DNA of 63,816 nucleotides, filler included, from Sphacelaria rigidula (Eukaryota), in NCBI GenBank assembly GCA_964200075.2. It is 7 parts of 7 records of this genome, joined end to end, with 100 filler letters (N's around TTAATTAATTAA, not from the genome) between each part and the next. Parts side by side here need not be neighbours in the genome. Positions count along the whole stretch, not along the records: positions 45,658 to 54,687 come from CAXNAA020009469.1; positions 54,788 to 63,816 come from CAXNAA020009470.1; 5 more parts are not named here. One strand, given 5' to 3'. This document shows, in pieces, positions 49,400-62,572 of the stretch. Position 1 is the first letter of the stretch, and each line of letters opens with the position of its first letter. A program made the translations under genes and the position numbers. Below the pieces are notes generated by a model. The model had not been told where the DNA came from. It ran no database searches and saw only the letters and a program-made list of their open reading frames with translations.

Positions 49400-50800
49400 C
49401 GAAAAGTTTCTTTAATCCAAATCCTCATAGAAAAAAATCCCATGGACTACGACTTATTCGCAGTAAGGCCTTTCCGCGCTCTTCTCTCGCCCACTATAAT
49501 ACTGATCAGAATGACGCGGAGCTCGTCCCCTCAGCGCTGCCGACGTCCGGAAGTAATTGGTGCACCTGGAGTGTCGCGTTTTCGCCACCCCCCCGCAAAA
49601 GTAGAGTACCTAGACCACGAAATATTGAAAATCTTGGTACACAGCTGCAGACCACCCCCAAAATTCATCCTTGAAGACCTCCAGCGCAAGCCAACGGGGT
49701 GGTGCACGAGCTCACAGCGGGCGCTTTTCGAAGCTTGAAACATGCGACGTCTGCCTCCTCGTACAGTTTTGGCCATTTTCCAATGTGGACAACGACAATC
49801 TGGGAACACAGGTGTCGATTGCGGCGTGATTATTGTGCGGGTTATCAGTGTGTGTCGACTTTTAGCGAGAAGAGCAGTACCTCTCTAGATATCTGCGGTG
49901 CTGCAAGGGCTGTTTTAGGGGAAGCGAACTATGACGTGGCCCTTCTGCCCAGGCTGCGGAACCGTTCTTGATCCTCCGGAATCGGGAGATATCTTGTGCG
50001 CACACTGTGGCCTTCGAATGTCATATGAAGGTAAGCGCATCAGTTTCGTATTCATTGGTTAATGCAACACGATAGATGGAGCGCGCATTGGGGGAATTCA
50101 GGCGAGGAAACAAGCTTTAGGATATGTTGACGGTCTTGTTGTGAAAGTCAACTCGCTCTGGCAACCTTCTGCACATGTTTACACTGGCGACAGAATGCGG
50201 TAAACCTGTCTCGCCGCTGACGGGGTATAACACCCCCTGGATGATGCGTATTTCTGCGTCCAACTTGTCGACACCTGCGGTGATTGTGCAGTCGAGAGCT
50301 GTGTGATCGTGATTTTTCCGTGAAAATTCATCGATGGGTTGAAGGTCTCCAGGAGGCATCATGTATTGTCGTCGAGAACATGCAGGTTTGGAAATCTTAT
50401 CACCCGGGGGTGTAATACACCGTCACCTGGGATACGGTAAAGGCTTGCGACATCACTTACCGTTCAAATGGATGATGTATAACAAACCGCCCATATTCGG
50501 TACACAGTATGAGGTGGGTTAGCCAAGAGTCCGATCGGCAGTTGAACAGCTTTGCCCTACTTAATTTTAGGACTTGGTCGGGGGAGTATTTTGGAATGGT
50601 GTTTGTGTTTTACATCGTATACTCGTGTAATACGTGGGTATAGTGCATGTGTGGTTGAAAGATGATATGCTCGTGCCATAAATGACGGAGCGTAGCACTC
50701 CCGGTGGTCATACTTCTTTACCCCGCCGCATTTTCCAAGAAGCGTAAGCCCGCACTCCCGAGAAAACGAGAGGTCAATCGCGAAACTACCACGACGAGCC
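49400..50800 (-). pseudogene. Possible heavily decayed KDZ (Kyakuja-Dileera-Zisupton)/CxC-type transposase
   Basis: Motif-like scraps in the expected order across frames: IYGTSISSFNHT; LCTEYG; TPVFPDCRCPHW; MNFGGGLQL...SRYSTF; KTRHSRCTNYF. Confidence 0.3.
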
Positions 50801-51749
50801 TCTTCTGTCGACGCAAACTTCCGGCTAGCTAGTCGCGCAGTACTTTGAGATATGTTGATACGGGAAGCCTTGACACGCGGTTGGTATGCTGCTATCCTAT
50901 CTCCCCGAGTGGTCCATGCTGTGACTGTGCAGGGAGCATGCCAGAAACAGCAGTCATCCATCAATATGACGGTCAAAAATGGTACCCATTGCGCGGTTAC
51001 CTGTACATAGGCTCGACCCTTCGACCGCGAATGTGTCATCGCTTCGCGAATAATTTTGTTCTAACTGTATCAATGTTAGTTTGATCAAAAGGGGAAGCAG
51101 TCGTGGCGTCCCCATCCTTTCTCCGTGATTTCAAGTGCTTGAAAACACCTTCCTTCACACCAATAAGCCAAGGAGTAACCGTAGGAATTGTTTTCCCCTA
51201 ATTTTTCCCTCCTTCGGTAGACTTTGGTGAAATTGAGGTAGTGACGCGAAGCCAAGATCGGCCACTGCCAGAGTGGCTAGTGCAGCTGCAACGAACAGGG
51301 GACAAGCAACGGCATCAGCGAGCAACGGTAAGTGCCGTCGGGTCTTTGTTGGCCATCATGCAATGACATACTGTTTTGGTTGAGTCTGTTGAAGCATCAG
51401 GTGACGTATTAGGCAGCACCACCTTGTCAGTTAGATCACAACCACGATGAAAATTGTGCACGCGATTCGCGCGTTTTTGCTGTATTTGGCCGCTGGTTGA
51501 ACGTTACACTCATCACGTCACGTGTATCTTTGTTTTCTGCCCCACAGTTGCAATACAACGAGGTCCAATGAAACCCGGCGTTGAGCCTTTGTACAATACG
51601 ATGGCGCTCGTACGCGCAGCAATGTAGTGGATATAGTCAATTACCCATCCCTCTTCGGGTATCCGCTGATGCGACCCGACTGCCACCCACTTCTCAAGAT
51701 ACACCTGCACCTTACAGTGTTCACGCTTATCGATCTGAAAACACTCATC

Positions 51750-52038
51750 CGCAAAACTTCACGCCGTTTTTAGGAGTTAGACCCTGAAAAATTGCACAAT
51801 TTTGCAATGGGTCGTTACGCAACTTTCGAAGGTCGATTTTTTTTCTTTTTTACTTATTTCACCGTTTTTCGGGGATCCTAGGGTTTGGGAGGAAACTTGT
51901 ATCCCGTCGGACCCCCGAAAAACGGTTGTAACGTTGAAAAGTTGAAAAAAAATGTTCGTCGAAAGTTGCGCAATGACCCATAGCACTTTTGTGCAAAGTT
52001 TCGGGGCCTAACTCCTAAAAACGGCGTGAGGTTTTGCG
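51750..52038. mobile_element. Fold-back MITE-like element (~289 bp)
   Basis: CGCAAAACTTCACGCCGTTTTTAGGAGTTAG / CTAACTCCTAAAAACGGCGTGAGGTTTTGCG, with diverged pairing continuing inward; no clear TSD. Confidence 0.78.
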
Positions 52039-53807
52039 CGTTCGTGCGATGACGTGAGCTTGGAACGTGCAAACTCCCAACTACTTGGTTTTTAGTATAA
52101 TGACGTCTTTTTTGGATGAGTTTAGCGTCAAGGCGAGAACAGCTGCATGATGTTTCGAGTTTTTCGACCAAACTTTGAATATATACTAGACACCTTGGAC
52201 AACCCCGGCACGCATCATTCCATTATTTTTTCATGTGAGGCATGCTGTAACGCCTTCCGGGGGTCTCCACACTGGGACCTCCGGAAGCCGGTAGAAAATG
52301 GAGAACTTTTGAAATATTGTCAAGAATACATTTGTTTTTGCATTTGAGGCACCAATATCTACGGAACTACCAAGTTTGAGGGCGATCCGAGCTGTGTTGC
52401 GACAAATATATGGGAAACCGTCACGACGCTCCCTGGATCTTTCGTGTGTATCATCAGTGGAAAGTAGACTACGCCGAAACCCCACATCACCGAAACAACA
52501 CGGTATCGGGTATAATTCGACGCCGTAGTAACCGTTTTCAAATATGTTTTTTTCCGTTAGATTCCCAAGTTGGTCACGGTTACTATGATTTCAAGCATGT
52601 GTATATAGGGTGAAAGTTGGGCTTGAAATTTGTGTTTTCGATTTCAGAACAGTGTTAATGACGCTAATTGGTCAAGGTACCTTCTCGCCCTGAATGCCAT
52701 CACTATGGCCTTCAACACAAATCGGGCTGTGTCGCGCTCTTCAGTTGTCCATGACGGTCAGTATGATATCATGTATGCGACTATTGGATAGGTATTGCGA
52801 AACATATTTGCTGATGACACAATTTTGGGTGATCAGCGTGAACTAGCCTGTCCAGCACATACGCATTTAATACGTACCTTTTTGTGTCAAGTCCGCATAG
52901 TTTTTGGGGTTTAGTGGGCACCAAACCTTGCTGCATTTATTTTCGCTCAGAGATTATGATGTTTGTACGCCTTGACCGACAAATATTTCACGCTCGGGCT
53001 CAGCTATAGAATTCATCAATTTAATTCAGCGCGTAGAGCACATGAAACCGTTTAAAATATATAATTGAATATTTAAAAGCGTAGCGGCGCAGCTAGTTTT
53101 GTTCACCGAGCAGTTCTCCGTCCCAACTTTCAAAACGCGTTATCCCGAGCTGTAGAGTACCGTTGCCCACGATCATGGGCGCAATCGAAGCGCATTCACC
53201 CACACTGTATTGTAGATCACCACGTGGATTGCATGATGGCTGTCCCGTGAGGAAGAGGAAAAGACGGTTTGCGTGTGTGCGTCCTCGCCGTTGTCTCCGA
53301 CTCGGACCGAGCGAGTGAACTAAAGGACGAAGGAACACGGACCAAGGTGTCAACTTGAAAAATCGATATTTCAAGCTGTAAGCCACCCGTGAATGTGTCC
53401 ATGGACGCAACCGAGTCATGTTCTCGCACACCGTGCAATCCTTCCTCTCAAGTCATGTTCGAAGGAAACGTCAGAAAACAAGATCACGCAGGTCGTGCAA
53501 GTTCTCGTGGGCTTGAATGCAAGATGGCTCAGACCGTGGGTATTTTGCGTAGGGAATGCACAGCAAAATTTCCAACGAAAAAAAGCGCAATAAACGATTG
53601 ATGTCATCATGAAATCCAGAGGAGCACGGTGCGGGCAAAGGGCATGCCAGACCGGTCTCAGGTTTTATGTGCGTACAGCAAGAGGGTGTGCAGCGTGGTA
53701 GTGTACATTGTCAGTTGTAGAGCAGTGGGAGCTCGGTGCTACGTTGTACTCCTTAGCCATCATAATCCGTGGCTTTGTACAAAGTTACGCGCGAACATCT
53801 GGCTGGC

Positions 53808-54168
53808 ATTTATTTATTGCAGTGTGTATGATACCCTCTCTTTTTCTTTTCTTTTTGCACATTGAGTCCCTCCCCTTCCTCGAAACGAGTCCGTGGTCTA
53901 CTAGTCTCAAGGGATCAACCCATCTCTCCCCGGTACACGCCTTGCTTGCAGTTTGGTCTCGCGTATTTGGATCATGACTATCAGTACTCCCAAATCGTGT
54001 CAACTCTGGTCAAACAGACTCAGTCAACTACTTTTTCCATACCTCACGTACTCACGCATTCGACGGTAGAATCAGATGGCTGAAAAAAAAAAACGCATCG
54101 GGAATCGAACCCACGCTCTCTCCACCCTAATGGTGACAGTTGGACCATCGCAGTACACCACCGGGGCG
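53808..54168 (-). mobile_element. Second tRNA-derived SINE-like element
   Basis: Head 54094-54168: CGCCCCGGTGGTGTACTG...GTGGGTTCGATTCCCG (B box) followed by T11; possible (AAAT)n tail near 53810; 3' extent uncertain. Confidence 0.5.
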
Positions 54169-54542
54169 CGGCGGCAAACTATAGCAATTTTCACAACAAG
54201 GGAGGAGGTGAAGAAGTAAGTACAACGCGCAGCGGGTGGACTGTCTTGCACAGTTGTGAGATGCCCTCGCCAACCCGTTGTCGCGCCCGTGGGTGCGCCG
54301 CGCTTCAACATGTACTGGTGCTGCTGTAACCTTCGATCTTCACAGTGTGGTTTTGATTTGTTCGTGTACCGGCCTTCCTCCGCCAACGGGAACCCTTGCC
54401 CTGCGCGCGGACTATTCTCACGCGCTGAATAGCAACGCCCACCATTCCGCTCTGCCCCTTACATCACACCTGTGGTCGAAATTTGTTCTGTACGTCTAGA
54501 CCCAGAAGAATGAACGGCGCAACGTTATACAGTACAGGCAGG

Positions 54543-54687
54543 GTGTGTGTGTGTGTGTTGTCGTCCCTTCTATTCTGGAAGCCGGTCTATACGTTTCGGT
54601 ATGTGTGGGCGCACCAGCAGGGGTCACACAGGAGGAAGGTCAACACAGGAGCTTTTTCTTTTTTTATTTGTTTTTAGTACCCCACCT
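54543..54687 (-). mobile_element. 3' part of the (CA)n-tailed SINE, cut by scaffold end
   Basis: Shares GGGGTCACACAGGAGGAAGGTCAACACAGGAGCTTT and the tail with 935-1085. Confidence 0.88.
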
Positions 54688-54787
54688 NNNNNNNNNNNNN
54701 NNNNNNNNNNNNNNNNNNNNNNNNNNNNNNNTTAATTAATTAANNNNNNNNNNNNNNNNNNNNNNNNNNNNNNNNNNNNNNNNNNNN

Positions 54788-55587
54788 AGAGAAAGAGACT
54801 GCCAGCTATAGTTGATAAGGCTGTATGGAAGAAAAGTACGATAGGGCAGGCTGGAATAAGGTGGGATGGACAAGTCGAGAGAGTGTGGAAGGAGATAGGA
54901 GGAAACCAAGACGAAATACGGTCCATAGGTGAAGGCGCGGGGTACAAGACAAAAGTAAGAGACATGATAGAAATAAGGGGGAAAGGAGCGCTCAGGCTTA
55001 AGGCAGACGAGGAAGAACACCTGAAGATATACGGACTGTTGAGAGAGGGGATCGGAATAAAAACATATTCGCATGGCCTCATGGACGCTGCGAGAAATAT
55101 GAAACTACGATTTCGGGTGGGGGATCTGGGCCTGCCAAAAAGAAGAAAGAGATATACCAGTCGTCATGTGGGGGAGGAAGTAGATGCACAGAACTGCCTG
55201 TGTGGCGAAGGAATAGAGAGTAGAAGTCATATAGTGGCAGGATGTGAACTATGCAAGGAGGAACGGGACATGCTAGAGGGGGAAATGCGGGACGTGAACG
55301 AAGGTGGCATGAAATCGTTTGATGCATTAGACAGTAGGGAGAAAACGATGGTTGTACTAGGAGATAGATGGTGGCCACAGAAGAAGGCGAAACAGGACGG
55401 GGATAAGATATGTAAAAGGTTTTTGAGTAATATATGGAAGAAACGTAATGAGCTATGAAAGAAACGAAATGGGCGCCGGAATGTTGGAAGTGTCTCTATT
55501 AGGAGTAGAAATGGTGATCCGTCTCGAAAGGGATGCGTGGTCAATGGTCAAACGACTAAGGCAAGCAACGAATGAGTACGCCCCCCT
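54788..55587 (+). mobile_element. 3' portion of a non-LTR retrotransposon ORF2 (C-terminal CCHC)
   Basis: ORF 54883-55458 reads LKIYGLL...KLRFRVGDL...CLCGEGIESRSHIVAGC...IWKKRN; its 3' terminus is repeated at 59548-59615. Confidence 0.82.
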
Positions 55588-55624
55588 AGCGAAGGTGACG
55601 ATACAGTGATCAAAGGATATGTTT

Positions 55625-57240
55625 CATTGATGGGCGTCATTTGCGCTTCTGCGTGCCTTGGATGTTGCGGTTGCACCTCCGTCGATGTTCGGCCTTCCTT
55701 GCTGAGTGTATCCCAACCACTGCGGGTTAACGTATCTGACGTCGATCAGGAGACCCTTCTCCCGATAGTGGTTGCTGGGGGCGTCACGAACTTATCCGGT
55801 TGGACTGACGACGATGTCAACCCCATCATCTCAATCTGCAGCAATCAGCAGCAAAGGGGAGTACCATCCTCCGCCACCGCCTTCGCTCCCACCCGCTTGA
55901 AAAGTCTCGCCATTGCGTGGACAAGCGGTCGGTATTCGCTCACCTGAGCTCCCGTTCGGTAACAGATGCGCGCATGACAGATGGTGACGTCAGCTGCGCT
56001 GCACGCCGGGCATCGTGTGGCAACGTAGGGGTGGATGCCGAGGAACCTCCTCTCCACTAGGACGTATTTTTATGATGGGGTTGTCCCGGCGGTATCGTCA
56101 GGCTGGGACTCTCCAGGCCGCGAGAGCCCCTATCCGGTCATGCTGCAATACCAGATTGTCGCCTCCGGAGTGGATAATGCACTCTGTATCAGACAAAGCA
56201 TGGCCAATGTAGCATTAAACCTCACTTTCTCGCCTAACAAGATCCTTTTCATGTGGTTAGTGTTACATGGAACGCATGTTGAGCTCATGCAACGCTCCCT
56301 CTCTCGCTCTTAGGGAAGCGACCACGATGAAAGCAGCTCGTGTAATTTTTGCGAAACATACCTTTGGTTGGAAAACAGGTATCGCTCTGGCGCCGAACCG
56401 TCGGGGTGTAAGAGTCATCGCCGGATCATTACGCTTACCTCGAGAATACACATATTTCTCGTCCCCCAATATATATGCATCACACTGTTATCTTCAGGTG
56501 GCTGATGTATACCGACACCCACGGGCCGGGGACATCGACGACGAGACGGATCGCGTGTCACCAGACGACATCCATGGCAAAGAACCCATTACCCAACGCT
56601 CCAACAGCCCAGCACAAGGCAGCAGTGATGAGCGGAGCAAGGATGAAAGGGAAACAGAGCGCACGACGGGCGGGGCGGGAGCTTCAGGCGGTGGCGTCGG
56701 TGGGCTGGGGATTATTCTTGGGGGACGCCCGGCTATTGCACGGCAACCTTTTGTGTTTCCCTCTGGCGATGACCTTGACACGTTAGTTATTTGGCGATAG
56801 GGTGGGTGGAGTTGTGCCCGTCCGGGGGTCTTGATCCTGACCGATTACTCGTTCCACGTTAGAGACGAGTGAGCTATGATATCTGGGTTGCCAAGAGTGA
56901 CTTTCCATTCCCAAATGAGATCCACCGTCCCCCTCGTTCGACGTCGACGTTAGCTCGAATGTAGCATCACTCATCGTAACGGTCCACATTCTGAAGCTAG
57001 GCCGGTGACGCTGTATCAACCGTTTGCTGGTCAGAAACTCACACTTTTAGTATTTTAATCTCCTCCTATACCACTGAACGACTCAGGCTTGGTCCTGACG
57101 GGGATGAGGATGATGTACTGCCTGAGATTGGCGGCGGGCGGGCTAAAAAGGGTGGCTGGGGTGGCGCTTGGGAGGACTATATGGCTGGTCCATGATGGAT
57201 CTGTGTTGTTAAGAGCTTGCTGGAGGGAGAGGAACAAAAT
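55625..57240 (-). mobile_element. Decayed RLE-type (CRE-like) non-LTR retrotransposon, 3' half
   Basis: RRFLGI...CPACSAADVTICHARIC (CCHC), RPLVHAMARLFK, then DIVV...RDA...YREKGLLIDVRYVNPQ (PD-(D/E)xK-like). The boundary toward 57240 is uncertain. Confidence 0.68.
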
Positions 57241-57951
57241 CCGAGTTTAGCTGTTGAGACGTTTGCTATGTTTCGGCGACAACATGACTCGTAGGAGGTG
57301 CTTACAGCAAAATCTGATTATCATATTTTGATATCAGGCGTTGCTACTAAATTGCAGTGCTTGTGTTTCGATCGTACTGCCAAGCCTCCGCTTGAACTGT
57401 TAGTTATACAAGTACGTCAAATGTTTTTGTTCACAATATGTTTGTCTTGACTGTGTATTTGTTCCAGGGTAGGGAAGAGAACGTTACGCAGAATTCACAG
57501 TGTTGTAGCCGTTGTACGGCTACGCACTTTCACCATTCTGAGATAAATATGCCGACACTAGCATGATTGCAGCCAACAACGGATATATGTTGGCCAACGG
57601 GGGACAACGGCGTCCAAGATGACATAAATAGACTGCATCTTTATTGACTGAACGTGATTGTAGCTGTGAAAATTCAGGTGGTGTATCGTATTCTGGCCCG
57701 TGAAAGTACAGATATTAGAAACGGCATTAGGATATCAAGTGTTGCTATGCTTGAGCTGCGTTTTCTTCTTCGGTAGGTCGTAGGCATATACGTCTACAGT
57801 AGTGAAGAACGCGACGGGCTGTCCCCATTGTTCTGGTTTCTCAGCTAACGCGTATTGAACAACTGTTGTAATTTGGCACATGAGTGGAATGTAGTATAGT
57901 ACTGGTGAGTCAACACTAGTGTGTTCTTCTGGCGATGTTTCAATGGGGCAT

Positions 57952-58382
57952 AAACACGAGATTTTACTAATTATTGGGGATGGATATTTATGGGGGGATA
58001 AAAACTCGGAGAATCAAAATCTTCGAATCCACACCAAATTTTCGAAGCATGCTTCCATTTCTTCACTTGCTGGTAGCTATTGACAACTACTACACGCCAT
58101 AGAAATTTGGGTTTTGATAACCGAAATGTCGGGGTCCTCGATGAAGAAACAATTTTGGAGGGGTTTAGGTGTCTGATCGAACGCCAAAACTGGTTTTTCA
58201 CCTAAAACCCCGACATTTCGGTTATCGAAATCCAAATTTGTATGGCGTGTAGTAGTTGTCAAGAGCTACCAGCAAGTAGAGGAATGGAACCATGCTTCGA
58301 AGATTTGGTGTGGATGCGAAGATCTTAATCCTCCGAGTTTTCATCCTCACTCAAGCATCCATCCCCAATAAACCCCGTGTTC
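57952..58382. mobile_element. Fold-back MITE (~430 bp)
   Basis: Arms of about 180 bp pair (TTGACAACTACTACACGCCATA / TATGGCGTGTAGTAGTTGTCAA); termini AACACGAG / CCCGTGTT; related fragment at about 45727-45766. Confidence 0.88.
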
Positions 58383-59547
58383 ATAGCTATCATTGGTTGT
58401 GAGTTTGTTTGGGTGAGATACCGTCTTAGCTCACATTTAAGCTCCGTTTGCTGCATGTGTTTAGCGTTGAAACTCTGTGAATGTGCGCGTGTCTAGGCTC
58501 TTGCTGCGTGGCGTAAGAATTGGGTCGTGCGCATGCCACGAAACCTCCACTGCAGCTCCGGCTGAGGGCGTTTGCTCTGTGTTTCATGGTACAGTAATAC
58601 TTCGCGAAACAAACATCCGTTCGTGGTTCATCAGGCTCCAAAATATTATACTTGGCAAGGGTGCACGAAAAAATGCATTTTTCACCATCCCTCTGTACCC
58701 CTCTCGGGTCTGGAGGGGGGGACTCTAAAAACCAAGTAAGAAGCAGAGATTAAATAGTGTGTCTTGTTTCACTTCCGTGAAAAATTCCGAATCATTGATT
58801 TTTGTTCGACTTCGACCACCCTAGGACATAAGAAGTGTCGTTTTCGCTTTTTAACGTGTACTCTTGTACTCGGGTGACAACACTACTACTACTACGTACG
58901 ATGCGAATGATTCTTGGGGTTTTGAGATATTTTGATATCGGGATTCCACGTTATGCTTTGTGTAGGTCTGCTGCGATATATCCGAGGTTTGCCAGCAGAA
59001 CCCCCTGCGTGGCGTCGTATATTTTCTCAAAAACGTAAGCACTCCGTGGCTGTTTCAACCCCCGGCAGATGATGAAACACAGATACTTCGCCCCGGCGTC
59101 GAAGCATGGTGCTGTCATGCCGTCAAAAATCCGTCTTTCGCCGTGCTTGACCAAGAAATACGTGTACTTGTCCGCTTCAGGAAAACTCTCCTGCCCTCAT
59201 CTCACCTCGTGCAAATATTATCCTCAAAGCCGGTGAAGATTGTTCGTGGCACAAATACTATCCTTTTCTCGCAGAATACTAACATGGAGGTCGCGACAGC
59301 CCTCAAGAAATAACCTGTTGAGAAATCAAGGCACGGATTTTTCAGATTCTAAGAAATTGGCGCCAAGACAAATTGCTTCGATCGAAGCGAAAATAAGGAT
59401 AAGAAGTTGAAAGATGCAAGAGGCTCGGCGGATAAGAAATATGTCATCGACACTGCTACCTTGGGTAATTGGTCCCAGACCCATCAGCTCCTCGACGAAA
59501 GGATGCCCCCCCCCTTCCAACCCCCCCCCCCCCCAAGAAATTGTGCT

Positions 59548-59615
59548 CCGTCTCGAAAGGGATGCGTGGTCAATGGTCAAACGACGAAGGCAAGCAACAA
59601 ATGAGTACTCCCCTC
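59548..59615 (+). mobile_element. Extremely 5'-truncated copy of the LINE at 54788-55587
   Basis: CCGTCTCGAAAGGGATGCGTGGTCAATGGTCAAACGAC.AAGGCAAGCAAC.AATGAGTAC. Confidence 0.85.
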
Positions 59616-60721
59616 CCAATAAATTGGCCTTCAAGAAATTCATCATTGCTGCACGTGTGCGGAAGTAAGGAATTGGCTGTAAGAAATTATGCTTTGCTCG
59701 GCGATAAGAATAAGATTTGACCCTCGCCTCGAATTAGAGCTTCTCAAGTAGTGACGCCACCTATAATGAGCCAAGGTCCGAGAGCAACTACAGTGCGTTG
59801 ATTTCTCCAGAGAAGCAATTCATTCCGTGGAGCTTCGTTCGCCGGGTGTAAAATACTTGAGATTTTTTGGGCTATGGATTGTGCGGAGCTTCATAAGGAA
59901 AGGAAGGAATAATATCTACTTTGGATGCTCGTGCACGTTCTCCGGAGCAAACCTTGAGGGCCATGTGGTCAACGATGATATCTCTACTGCGTACAGGAGA
60001 CTGATGCCCCATCACCCCCCCCCCCCCAGAAAAGTGGCTGGGTTGAGGGGGCAAAATCTGCACGTAAAAAAACGAAATGATAAAAAGTCGAGCATACCGA
60101 GCAGGTGGAAACTCACATGCATGTCAATATCGCCCATATACGACGTTTAATGGTACCAAGTATGAAACCAGCTATGCTTCTTGAATACGCCGTAACGCTT
60201 GCAAACATACGAGAACCATCTGGTACTTGCAAGTCCCGACAATATCAGAAGTCTCCAAAAAACAGCATCGATGATAATGGGCCCAAGTCTACACTCTTGT
60301 CGTTCTTGTGTTTTTTCCTGTCTGGAGAGGGAGGCTGATCTTTAAACCGGAGGATCACGCAACCCCCATTCACCTTCGGGAAGGTACTACAAGCCCCAAC
60401 CTTGTTACAGGTATGATGAGCCGAGCAGCCCCCCCACATGACATCCATTTCATATTGCCTTCGTATCCTCAACGATATTTTTTCCGTGAACAAAAAAATC
60501 ATTTTTTTATACATACGCGTAATCATTCATTTATTAGAGCGTTCGTGCTTCGAAAGGGCGTCGAGCATAGTGCATCAGCCTCAACCAATCAAACACATAA
60601 TTAAAAATGTGTATACTAACAACGGTGCTCTAAGTCAAAATTATATCCTATTTCTCATTGTCGGGGTGGCCGAAGATGGTCAAATGTTGTGACTAGTAAG
60701 ATTTTTCGTCAATTCGAAGTG

Positions 60722-60905
60722 CGAGTATCTCAGGATCAGAATGCAAACATCTCAAGATCAGAATGCGAATATTTCATGATCAGAGTGCAGAATAAAATAA
60801 AATAAAAACTCATCCAAAAAAAAATGAAGGGATACCACATTCGACGGACGGGGAAGTAATTTTTCGTTACAGTCTGATCCTGAGATATATTTGCGCTCTG
60901 AAATG
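60722..60905. repeat. 22-bp tandem units with an inverted copy
   Basis: TCA.GATCAGAATGC occurs three times at 60730-60790; inverted TCTGATCCTGAGATA at about 60873. Confidence 0.55.
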
Positions 60906-62572
60906 GCAAGGAAGTATTTTCCGAAACTCTCCAATAACGAGTCACTGTTCACAAGCTACGCACACTCATCTATTCGATGCGCGAGGCATTGCTCTGTTCG
61001 CGTGTTGTCACCTCGAAACATTCTCATATAACGACAATTCTTCCTTTCAATATGAATGGCGGGCGATTTCTAGTGATGAGGTTGTGAACAGTCACAATCG
61101 TTCTCGAAAGCAAGTTTCTTCCTCATTTCTTCGTCTCTCGAAGACCCGGCGTTGCATAGCTCTCCGGTCAAATAAACATCTACAGGATGAAACAAAAACA
61201 CAGGCGGGACCAAATCCTCGAAAGCACGCCGGAAAGTTGGAACGTGCAACATGCGGGGGCACCTTACTGTCGCCATGACCGATCTCAATGTTTCTCCGCC
61301 ACCGTGTACAATTTCCTACTCCAGCCAGTCAGAGGGGTAGGGGAGGCTCTCCCATTCCTCGGGAACACTATGATAAGAGCCGTCGACTCGTTGCCCAATA
61401 TCGAGGTATTAGAGTACGCAGCTCCATATGTTTTGTTTGGCATATTGTGACCCATGTATGTACAATAATACTGTATCGTCTTGTGTGCTCTTTTCATCGG
61501 CGCGACGTACTCTGCTCACCGTGCTTTTCAAGCACGTTCGAGTCAGTCATCTGATTGATGGAGATGGCGGAATGCCTCAAGGTGACCGCGAAGCCTACGG
61601 GTACACCTGGAATCGTCTACTGTTTCCCCCAGCCTATACCATACACTTCAGTCTACATCTGAAAAAGGCGAAAATAACAACTGGAAGTGACGAGCGGGAA
61701 CCGACGAAGATCGCACAACAACGGTGGCAAGAAAAAACAAATAAAATCACACGTTATCAGTGTCGCAAGTGCAAAAACAACTCCTGGCGAACCTTTGCCC
61801 CTCGCGGTTCATATTCCGCCAGCACAAAGAACCGCTTCTTCTGTAGCGTCCTTGCCCCGCACGCTTCGCACTACGTTCCTCCATGCAGAATCGCTTTTGT
61901 TGTCTCTTGCATCTTAACCAGTAAGTCTCTACTCCCCGAACGCGAACGGCGCCTCTGCTGACCCTTCCTTCACACCTCCGTTTTCAAATAAAACCGGCGA
62001 ACGGTATGAAACATGTTCAGGAAGTGTTTTCCTATTTCCGACAACCGATCAATACGCCGAAAGGCAAAGCCGCCTTCGATTGCGCCGCAGCATGCCCAGT
62101 ACTTATCGACAACCCGCCCCCATTCTTCCCAGGAAACCCTTGACCTCCGCTCTCGAGCACACGCGGATCCTGTGAGGTTGACCAACGACATGGATACCAC
62201 AGCGAGGGTAGCACACCAACGACGACAACGACAGCGGGTCAGAGCGTTCGAAAAAGACTACACGTGAGGCACATGGCAGGGGGCTTGCAGTGTAGTGAAA
62301 AGTACGTCCAATCTCCCCCCTCCGACGATTTTGCACTGGAAGTACTGTACACCAAAAATACACATACACGGGACGAAGATGCTTCGAAGAACACCCGCAG
62401 AATTTGTCCGCGTTGGACCAGAAAGTGGCAAACAACCCTGTCACCGCCAGGGTGGGTCATCTGCGGAACCGGCATCACTTTCACTTTAGAAATGAACGTG
62501 AGACCTAAGTCGCCCACCCTAGAGGTCACAGGGAAAAATGAAGAATTGTATCACACCCAAGTTGTCCACTTA

